Positions 54,551-64,000 of a stretch of DNA of 64,000 nt are shown one piece after another (position 1 is the first letter of the stretch; each line of letters starts with the position of its first letter). Position numbers and translations under genes: made by a program. The stretch lies in assembly GCA_964016885.1 (NCBI GenBank), contig OZ024742.1, positions 24,428,001 to 24,492,000 of the forward strand. Reading direction: 5' to 3'. This DNA comes from Eledone cirrhosa (taxonomy: Eukaryota). The notes under the pieces are model-generated. The model was given only the letters and a program-made list of their open reading frames with translations. It did not search any database and was not told the origin of the DNA.

Positions 54551-57500
54551 CTGCTGTGGATTGTGGCCTGCTGCTGTAAGGCTGAAGGTATGAGATGACT
54601 GCTGTGGATTGTGGCTTGTTGTTGTGAGGCTGAAGTTATGAGATGACTGCTGTGGATTGTGGCCTGCTGCTGTAAGGCTGAAGGTATGAGATGACTGCTG
54701 TGGATTGTGGCCTGCTGCTGTAAGGCTGAAGGTATGAGATGACTGCTGTGGATTGTGGACTGCTGCTGTAAGGCTGAAGTTATGAGATGACTGCTGTGGA
54801 TTGTGGCCTGCTGCTGTAAGGCTGAAGGTATGAGATGACTGCTGTGGATTGTGGCTTGTTGTTGTGAGGCTGAAGTTATGAGATGACTGCTGTGGATTGT
54901 GGCCTGCTGCTGTAAGGCTGAAGGTATGAGATGACTGCTGTGGATTGTGGCCTGCTGCTGTAAGGCTGAAGGTATGAGATGACTGCTGTGGATTGTGGCC
55001 TGCTGCTGTAAGCCTGAAGGTATGAGATGACTGCTGTAGATTGTGGCCTGCTGCTGTAAGGCTGAAATATGAGATGACTACTGTGGATTGTGGCTTGTTG
55101 TTGTGAGGCTGAAGGTATGAGATGACTGCTGTGGATTGTGGCCTGCTGCTGTAAGGCTGAAGGTATGAGATGACTGCTGTGGATTGTGGCCTGTTGCTGT
55201 AAGGCTGAAGGTATGAGATGACTGCTGTGGATTGTGGCCTGTTGCTGTAAGGCTGAAGGTATGAGATGACTGCTGTGGATTGTGGCTTGTTGTTGTGAGG
55301 CTGAAGGTATGAGATGACTGTTGTGGATTGTGGCCTGTTGCTGTAAGACTGAAGGTATGAGATGACTGCTGTGGATTGTGGCTTGTTGTTGTGAGGCTGA
55401 AGGTATGAGATGACTGCTGTGGATTGTGGCTTGTTGTTGTGAGGCTAAAGGTATGAGATGACTGCTGTGGATTGTGGCCTGCTGCTGTAAGACTGAAGTT
55501 ATGAGATGACTGCGGTGGATTGTGGCCTGCTGCTGTAAGGCTGAAGGTATGAGATGACTGCTGTGGATTGTGGCTTGTTGTTGTGAGGCTGAAGGTATGA
55601 GATGACTGCTGTGGATTGTGGATTGTTGTTGTGAGGCTTAAGGTATGACATGACTGCTGTGGATTGTGGCCTGCTGCTGTAAGGCTGAAGGTATGAGATG
55701 ACTGCTGTGGATTGTGGCTTATTGTTGTGAGGCTGAAGGTATGAGATGACTGCTGTGGATTGTGGCTTGTTGTTGTGAGGCTGAAGGTATGAGATGACTG
55801 CTGTGGATTGTGGCTTGTTGTTGTGAGGCTGAAGGTATGAGATGACTGCTGTGGATTGTGGCTTGTTGTTGTGAGGCTGAAGGTATGAGATGACTGCTGT
55901 GGATTGTGGCTTGTTGTTGTGAGGCTGAAGGTATGAGATGACTGCTGTGGATTGTGGCTTGTTGTTGTGAGGCTGAAGGTATGAGATGACTGCTGTGGAT
56001 TGTGGCTTGTTGTTGTGAGGCTGAAGGTATGAGATGACTGCTGTGGATTGTGGCCTGTTGCTGTAAGGCTGAAGGTATGACATGACTGCTGTGGATTGTG
56101 GCTTGTTGTTGTGAGGCTGAAGGTATGAGATGACTGCTGTGGATTGTGGCTTGTTGTTGTGAGGCTGAAGGTATGAGATGACTGCTGTGGATTGTGGCCT
56201 GTTGCTGTAAGGCTGAAGGTATGAGATGACTGCTGTGGATTGTGGCTTGTTGTTGTGAGGCTGAAGGTATGAGATGACTGCTGTGGATTGTGCCTTGTTG
56301 TTGTGAGGCTGAAGGTATGAGATGACTGCTGTGGATTGTGGCTTGCTGTTGTGAGGCTGAAGGTATGAGATGACTGCTGTGGATTGTGGCTTGTTGTTGT
56401 GAGGCTGAAGGTATGAGATGACTGCTGTGGATTGTGGCATGTTGCTGTAAGGCTGAAGGTATGAGATGACTGCTGTGGATTGTGGCCTGCTGCTGTAAGG
56501 CTGAAGGTATGAGATGACTGCTGTGGATTGTGGCCTGCTGCTGTAAGGCTGAAGGTATGAGATGACTGCTGTGGATTGTGGCTTGTTGTTGTGAGGCTGA
56601 AGTTATGAGATGACTGCTGTGGATTGTGGCCTGCTGCTGTAAGGCTGAAGGTATGAGATGACTGCTGTGGATTGTGGCTTATTGTTGTGAGGCTGAAGGT
56701 ATGAGATGACTGCTGTGGATTGTGGCCTGCTGCTGTAAGGCTGAAGGTATGAGATGACTGCTGTGGATTGTGGCCAGTTGCTGTAAGGCTGAAGGTATGA
56801 GATGACTGCTGTGGATTGTGGCCTGCTGCTGTAAGGCTGAAGGTATGAGATGACTGCTGTGGATTGTGGCCTGCTGCTGTAAGGCTGAAGGTATGAGATG
56901 ACTGCTGTGGATTGTGGCTTGTTGTTGTGAGGCTGAAGTTATGAGATGACTGCTGTGGATTGTGGCCTGCTGCTGTAAGGCTGAAGGTATGAGATGACTG
57001 CTGTGGATTGTGGCCTGCTGCTGTAAGGCTGAAGGTATGAGATGACTGCTGTGGATTGTGGACTGCTGCTGTAAGGCTGAAGTTATGAGATGACTGCTGT
57101 GGATTGTGGCCTGCTGCTGTAAGGCTGAAGGTATGAGATGACTGCTGTGGATTGTGGCTTGTTGTTGTGAGGCTGAAGTTATGAGATGACTGCTGTGGAT
57201 TGTGGCCTGCTGCTGTAAGGCTGAAGGTATGAGATGACTGCTGTGGATTGTGGCCTGTTGCTGTAAGGCTGAAGGTATGAGATGACTGCTGTGGATTGTG
57301 GCCTGTTGCTGTAAGGCTGAAGGTATGAGATGACTGCTGTGGATTGTGGCTTGTTGTTGTGAGGCTGAAGGTATGAGATGACTGTTGTGGATTGTGGCCT
57401 GTTGCTGTAAGACTGAAGGTATGAGATGACTGCTGTGGATTGTGGCTTGTTGTTGTGAGGCTGAAGGTATGAGATGACTGCTGTGGATTGTGGCTTGTTG

Positions 57501-60500
57501 TTGTGAGGCTAAAGGTATGAGATGACTGCTGTGGATTGTGGCCTGCTGCTGTAAGACTGAAGTTATGAGATGACTGCGGTGGATTGTGGCCTGCTGCTGT
57601 AAGGCTGAAGGTATGAGATGACTGCTGTGGATTGTGGCTTGTTGTTGTGAGGCTGAAGGTATGAGATGACTGCTGTGGATTGTGGATTGTTGTTGTGAGG
57701 CTTAAGGTATGACATGACTGCTGTGGATTGTGGCCTGCTGCTGTAAGGCTGAAGGTATGAGATGACTGCTGTGGATTGTGGCTTATTGTTGTGAGGCTGA
57801 AGGTATGAGATGACTGCTGTGGATTGTGGCTTGTTGTTGTGAGGCTGAAGGTATGAGATGACTGCTGTGGATTGTGGCTTGTTGTTGTGAGGCTGAAGGT
57901 ATGAGATGACTGCTGTGGATTGTGGCTTGTTGTTGTGAGGCTGAAGGTATGAGATGACTGCTGTGGATTGTGGCTTGTTGTTGTGAGGCTGAAGGTATGA
58001 GATGACTGCTGTGGATTGTGGCCTGTTGCTGTAAGGCTGAAGGTATGACATGACTGCTGTGGATTGTGGCTTGTTGTTGTGAGGCTGAAGGTATGAGATG
58101 ACTGCTGTGGATTGTGGCTTGTTGTTGTGAGGCTGAAGGTATGAGATGACTGCTGTGGATTGTGGCCTGTTGCTGTAAGGCTGAAGGTATGAGATGACTG
58201 CTGTGGATTGTGGCTTGTTGTTGTGAGGCTGAAGGTATGAGATGACTGCTGTGGATTGTGCCTTGTTGTTGTGAGGCTGAAGGTATGAGATGACTGCTGT
58301 GGATTGTGGCTTGCTGTTGTGAGGCTGAAGGTATGAGATGACTGCTGTGGATTGTGGCTTGTTGTTGTGAGGCTGAAGGTATGAGGTGACTGCTGTGGAT
58401 TGTGGCCTGTTGCTGTAAGGCTGAAGGTATGAGATGACTGCTGTGGATTGTGGCCTGCTGCTGTAAGGCTGAAGGTATGAGATGACTGCTGTGGATTGTG
58501 GCCTGCTGCTGTAAGGCTGAAGGTATGAGATGACTGCTGTGGATTGTGGCTTGTTGTTGTGAGGCTGAAGTTATGAGATGACTGCTGTGGATTGTGGCCT
58601 GCTGCTGTAAGGCTGAAGGTATGAGATGACTGCTGTGGATTGTGGCCTGCTGCTGTAATGCTGAAGGTATGAGATGACTGCTGTGAATTGTGGCCTGCTG
58701 CTGTAAGTCTGAAGGTATGAGATGACTGCTGTAGATTGTGGCCTGCTGCTGTAAGGCTGAAATATGAGATGACTACTGTGGATTGTGGCTTGTTGTTGTG
58801 AGGCTGAAGGTATGAGATGACTGCTGTGGATTGTGGCCTGCTGCTGTAAGGCTGAAGGTATGAGATGACTGCTGTGGATTGTGGCCTGTTGCTGTAAGGC
58901 TGAAGGTATGAGATGACTGATGTGAATTGTGGCCTGTTGCTGTAAGGCTGAAGGTATGAGATGACTGCTGTGGATTGTGGCTTGTTGTTGTGAGGCTGAA
59001 GGTATGAGATGACTGCTGTGGATTGTGGCTTGTTGTTGTGAGGCTGAAGGTATGAGATGACTGCTGTGGATTGTGGCCTGTTGCTGTAAGACTGAAGGTA
59101 TGAGATGACTGCTGTGGATTGTGGCTTGTTGTTGTGAGGCTGAAGGTATGAGATGACTGCTGTGGATTGTGGCTTGTTGTTGTGAGGCTAAAGGTATGAG
59201 ATGACTGCTGTGGATTGTGGCCTGCTGCTGTAAGGCTGAAGTTATGAGATGACTGCGGTGGATTGTGGCCTGCTGCTGTAAGGCTGAAGGTATGAGATGA
59301 CTGCTGTGGATTGTGGCTTGTTGTTGTGAGGCTGAAGGTATGAGATGACTGCTGTGGATTGTGGATTGTTGTTGTGAGGCTTAAGGTATGACATGACTGC
59401 TGTGGATTGTGGCCTGCTGCTGTAAGGCTGAAGGTATGAGATGACTGCTGTGGATTGTGGCTTGTTGTTGTGAGGCTGAAGGTATGAGATGACTGCTGTG
59501 GATTGTGGCTTGTTGTTGTGAGGCTGAAGGTATGAGATGACTGCTGTGGATTGTGGCTTGTTGTTGTGAGGCTGAAGGTATGAGATGACTGCTGTGGATT
59601 GTGGCTTGTTGTTGTGAGGCTGAAGGTATGAGATGACTGCTGTGGATTGTGGCCAGTTGCTGTAAGGCTGAAGGTATGAGATGACTGCTGTGGATTGTGG
59701 CCTGCTGCTGTAAGGCTGAAGGTATGAGATGACTGCTGTGGATTGTGGCCTGCTGCTGTAAGGCTGAAGGTATGAGATGACTGCTGTGGATTGTGGCTTG
59801 TTGTTGTGAGGCTGAAGTTATGAGATGACTGCTGTGGATTGTGGCCTGCTGCTGTAAGGCTGAAGGTATGAGATGACTGCTGTGGATTGTGGCCTGCTGC
59901 TGTAAGGCTGAAGGTATGAGATGACTGCTGTGGATTGTGGACTGCTGCTGTAAGGCTGAAGTTATGAGATGACTGCTGTGGATTGTGGCCTGCTGCTGTA
60001 AGGCTGAAGGTATGAGATGACTGCTGTGGATTGTGGCTTGTTGTTGTGAGGCTGAAGTTATGAGATGACTGCTGTGGATTGTGGCCTGCTGCTGTAAGGC
60101 TGAAGATATGAGATGACTGCTGTGGATTGTGGCCTGCTGCTGTAAGGCTGAAGGTATGAGATGACTGCTGTGGATTGTGGCCTGCTGCTGTAAGGCTGAA
60201 GGTATGAGATGACTGCTGTAGATTGTGGCCTGCTGCTGTAAGGCTGAAATATGAGATGACTACTGTGGATTGTGGCTTGTTGTTGTGAGGCTGAAGGTAT
60301 GAGATGACTGCTGTGGATTGTGGCCTGCTGCTGTAAGGCTGAAGGTATGAGATGACTGCTGTGGATTGTGGCCTGTTGCTGTAAGGCTGAAGGTATGAGA
60401 TGACTGCTGTGGATTGTGGCCTGTTGCTGTAAGGCTGAAGGTATGAGATGACTGCTGTGGATTGTGGCTTGTTGTGAGGCTGAAGGTATGAGATGACTGT

Positions 60501-61270
60501 TGTGGATTGTGGCCTGTTGCTGTAAGACTGAAGGTATGAGATGACTGCTGTGGATTGTGGCTTGTTGTTGTGAGGCTGAAGGTATGAGATGACTGCTGTG
60601 GATTGTGGCTTGTTGTTGTGAGGCTAAAGGTATGAGATGACTGCTGTGGATTGTGGCCTGCTGCTGTAAGACTGAAGTTATGAGATGACTGCGGTGGATT
60701 GTGGCCTGCTGCTGTAAGGCTGAAGGTATGAGATGACTGCTGTGGATTGTGGCTTGTTGTTGTGAGGCTGAAGGTATGAGATGACTGCTGTGGATTGTGG
60801 ATTGTTGTTGTGAGGCTTAAGGTATGACATGACTGCTGTGGATTGTGGCCTGCTGCTGTAAGGCTGAAGGTATGAGATGACTGCTGTGGATTGTGGCTTA
60901 TTGTTGTGAGGCTGAAGGTATGAGATGACTGCTGTGGATTGTGGCTTGTTGTTGTGAGGCTGAAGGTATGAGATGACTGCTGTGGATTGTGGCTTGTTGT
61001 TGTGAGGCTGAAGGTATGAGATGACTGCTGTGGATTGTGGCTTGTTGTTGTGAGGCTGAAGGTATGAGATGACTGCTGTGGATTGTGGCTTGTTGTTGTG
61101 AGGCTGAAGGTATGAGATGACTGCTGTGGATTGTGGCTTGTTGTTGTGAGGCTGAAGGTATGAGATGACTGCTGTGGATTGTGGCTTGTTGTTGTGAGGC
61201 TGAAGGTATGAGATGACTGCTGTGGATTGTGGCCTGTTGCTGTAAGGCTGAAGGTATGACATGACTGCTG
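52900..61270. repeat. Duplicated block of about 3.2 kb, offset 5182 bp (approx. 52.9-56.1 kb and 58.1-61.3 kb)
   Basis: 47-bp units pair at 53577/58759 and 55064/60246, and GGCCAGTTG at 54473/59655. ORF ends 55499/60678 are offset by 5179 after an extra 45-bp unit near 60466. Confidence 0.85.
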
Positions 61271-61379
61271 TGGATTGTGGCCTGCTGCTGTAAGGCTGAA
61301 GGTATGAGATGACTGCTGTGGATTGTGGCCTGCTGCTGTAAGGCTGAAGTTATGAGATGACTGCTGTGGATTGTGGCCT

Positions 61380-64000
61380 GTTGCTGTAAGGCTGAAGGTA
61401 TGAGATGACTGCTGTGGATTGTGGCCTGCTGCTGTAAGGCTTAAGGTATGAGATGACTGCTGTGGATTGTGGCTTGTTGTTGTGAGGCTGAAGGTATGAG
61501 ATGACTGATGTGGATTGTGGCTTGTTGTTGTGAGGCTGAAGGTACGAGATGACTGCTGTGGATTGTGGCTTGTTGTTGTGAGGCTGAAGGTATGAGATGA
61601 CTGCTGTGGATTGTGGCCTGTTGCTGTAAGGCTGAAGGTATGAGATGACTGCTGTGGATTGTGGCCTGCTGCTGTAAGGCTGAAGGTATGAGATGACTGC
61701 TGTGGATTGTGGCCTGCTGCTGTAAGGCTGAAGGTATGAGATGACTGCTGTGAATTGTGGCCTGCTGCTGTAAGGCTGAAGGTATGAGATGACTGCTGTA
61801 GATTGTGGCCTGCTGCTGTAAGGCTGAAATATGAGATGACTACTGTGGATTGTGGCTTGTTGTTGTGAGGCTGAAGGTATGAGATGACTGCTGTGGATTG
61901 TGGCCTGCTGCTGTAAGGCTGAAGGTATGAGATGACTGCTGTGGATTGTGGCCTGTTGCTGTAAGGCTGAAGGTATGAGATGACTGCTGTGGATTGTGGC
62001 CTGTTGCTGTAAGGCTGAAGGTATGAGATGACTGCTGTGGATTGTGGCTTGTTGTTGTGAGGCTGAAGGTATGAGATGACTGCTGTGGATTGTGGCTTGT
62101 TGTTGTGAGGCTGAAGGTATGAGATGACTGCTGTGGATTGTGGCTTGTTGTTGTGAGGCTGAAGGTATGAGATGACTGCTGTGGATTGTGGCTTGTTGTT
62201 GTGAGGCTGAAGGTATGAGATGACTGCTGTGGATTGTGGCCTGTTGCTGTAAGGCTGAAGGTATGAGATGACTGCTGTGGATTGTGGCTTGTTGTTGTGA
62301 GGCTGAAGGTATGAGATGACTGCTGTGGATTGTGGCTTGTTGTTGTGAGGCTGAAGGTATGAGATGACTGCTGTGGATTGTGGCTTGCTGTTGTGAGGCT
62401 GAAGGTATGAGATGACTGCTGTGGATTGTGGCTTGTTGTCGTGAGGCTGAAGGTATGAGATGACTGCTGTGGATTGTGGCCTGTTGCTGTAAGGATGAAG
62501 GTATGAGATGACTGCTGTGGATTGTGGCCTGCTGCTGTAAGGCTGAAGGTATAAGATGACTGCTGTGGATTGTGGCCTGCTGCTGTAAGGCTGAAGGTAT
62601 GAGATGACTGCTGTGGATTGTGGCTTGTTGTTGTGAGGCTGAAGTTATGAGATGACTGCTGTGGATTGTGGCCTGCTGCTGTAAGGCTGAAGGTATGAGA
62701 TGACTGCTGTGGATTGTGGCCTGCTGCTGTAAGGCTGAAGGTATGAGATGACTGCTGTGAATTGTGGCCTGCTGCTGTAAGGCTGAAGGTATGAGATGAC
62801 TGCTGTAGATTGTGGCCTGCTGCTGTAAGGCTGAAATATGAGATGACTACTGTGGATTGTGGCTTGTTGTTGTGAGGCTGAAGGTATGAGATGACTGCTG
62901 TGGATTGTGGATTGTTGTTGTGAGGCTTAAGGTATGACATGACTGCTGTGGATTGTGGCCTGCTGCTGTAAGGCTGAAGGTATGAGATGACTGCTGTGGA
63001 TTGTGGCTTATTGTTGTGAGGCTGAAGGTATGAGATGACTGCTGTGGATTGTGGCTTGTTGTTGTGAGGCTGAAGGTATGAGATGACTGCTGTGGATTGT
63101 GGCTTGTTGTTGTGAGGCTGAAGGTATGAGATGACTGCTGTGGATTGTGGCTTGTTGTTGTGAGGCTGAAGGTATGAGATGACTGCTGTGGATTGTGGCT
63201 TGTTGTTGTGAGGCTGAAGGTATGAGATGACTGCTGTGGATTGTGGCCTGTTGCTGTAAGGCTGAAGGTATGAGATAACTGCTGTGGATTGTGGCCTGCT
63301 GCTGTAAGGCTGAAGGTATGAGATGACTGCTGTGGATTGTGGCCTGCTGCTGTAAGGCTGAAGGTATGAGATGACTGCTGTGTATTGTGGCCTGCTGCTG
63401 TAAGGCTGAAGGTATGAGATGACTGCTGTAGATTGTGGCCTGCTGTTGCAAGGCTGAAATATGAGATGACTACTGTGGATTGTGGCTTGTTGTTGTGAGG
63501 CTGAAGGTATGAGATGACTGCTGTGGATTGTGGCCTGCTGCTGTAAGGCTGAAGGTATGAGATGACTGCTGTGGATTGTGGCCTGTTGCTGTAAGGCTGA
63601 AGGTATGAGATGACTGCTGTGGATTGTGGCTTGTTGTTGTGAGGCTGAAGGTATGAGATGACTGCTGTGGATTGTGGCTTGTTGTTGTGAGGCTGAAGGT
63701 ATGAGATGACTGCTGTGGATTGTAGCTTGTTGTTGTGAGGCTGAAGGTATGAGATGACTGCTGTGGATTGTGGCTTGTTGTTGTGAGGCTGAAGGTATGA
63801 GATGACTGCTGTGGATTGTGGCCTGTTGCTGTAAGGCTGAAGGTATGAGATGACTGCTGTGGATTGTGGCTTGTTGTTGTGAGGCTGAAGGTATGAGATG
63901 ACTGCTGTGGATTGTGGCTTGTTGTGAGGCTGAAGGTATGAGATGACTGCTGTGGATTGTGGCTTGTTGTTGTGAGGCTGAAGGTATGAGATGACTGCTG
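61380..64000. repeat. Distant copy of the block at about 31.5-34.1 kb (offset 29854 bp)
   Basis: 47-bp units pair at 31972/61826, 32979/62833 and 33602/63456. Identical 147-aa ORFs lie at 33154..33597 and 63008..63451. Confidence 0.85.

Larger units (their letters stand above)
1..64000. repeat. 48-bp tandem satellite/minisatellite array, about 1,335 monomers, truncated at both window ends
   Basis: Positions 1-48 (GGCTTGTTGTTGTGAGGCTGAAGGTATGAGATGACTGCTGTGGATTGT) repeat from 49 onward to the end of the window. The main types differ only at monomer positions 4, 7, 10 and 14: A = GGCTTGTTGTTGTGAG, B = GGCCTGCTGCTGTAAG, C = GGCCTGTTGCTGTAAG. Confidence 0.99.

Noticed and set aside
34200-55400. 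Absence of ORFs in the track as a sign of different sequence content
   Set aside because: The same repeat continues. ATG-bearing variants here are closely followed by the GTTATG (minus-strand TAA) variant, so start-anchored ORFs are simply short.
2432-63451. All 24 listed minus-strand ORFs as protein-coding genes (mucin-like or polyQ-like)
   Set aside because: They are purely translations of the 48-bp repeat, overlap in different frames and have no unique domain, signal peptide or non-repeat flank. Starts come from sporadic variants (the 'MQQQ' starts are TTG), and about 56 frameshifting units break any long frame.
1-64000. CRISPR array (constant part plus variable part)
   Set aside because: The variable segment has only about three near-identical states rather than unique spacers. 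There is no palindromic repeat, leader or cas gene.
1-64000. Telomerase-synthesised repeat or rolling-circle sequencing concatemer
   Set aside because: Rare variants are inherited in multi-kb nested blocks at several different offsets. That fits DNA-level duplication rather than independent copying of one short template, although local misassembly cannot be excluded.
1-64000. Transposon, tRNA, rRNA or other embedded non-repeat element
   Set aside because: Reading through the window I found no interruption of the 48-bp register other than 1-bp and 3-bp deletions.

Overview
The whole 64 kb window is one uninterrupted, head-to-tail tandem array of a 48-bp monomer (about 1,335 copies, all in one orientation). 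I saw no unique sequence, inversion or insertion, and the array runs off both ends. The + strand consensus is GGC[T/C]TG[T/C]TG[T/C]TGT[G/A]AGGCTGAAGGTATGAGATGACTGCTGTGGATTGT. Three major monomer types (A, B, C) are interspersed with a 47-bp variant (about 56 copies), a 45-bp variant (about 20 copies) and recurrent point variants. These markers reveal a recurring 21-monomer (1007 bp) higher-order unit and nested duplications with offsets from 240 bp to about 30 kb. Every listed ORF is a translation of the repeat: the minus strand of the monomer is stop-free in all three frames, and ORFs change frame at 47-bp units. I therefore call no CDS. The best interpretation is a young, homogeneous satellite or giant minisatellite, probably eukaryotic. 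I cannot identify the organism, family or function, and I find no direct evidence of a novel gene system. All counts and offsets were read by eye, and block boundaries are approximate.
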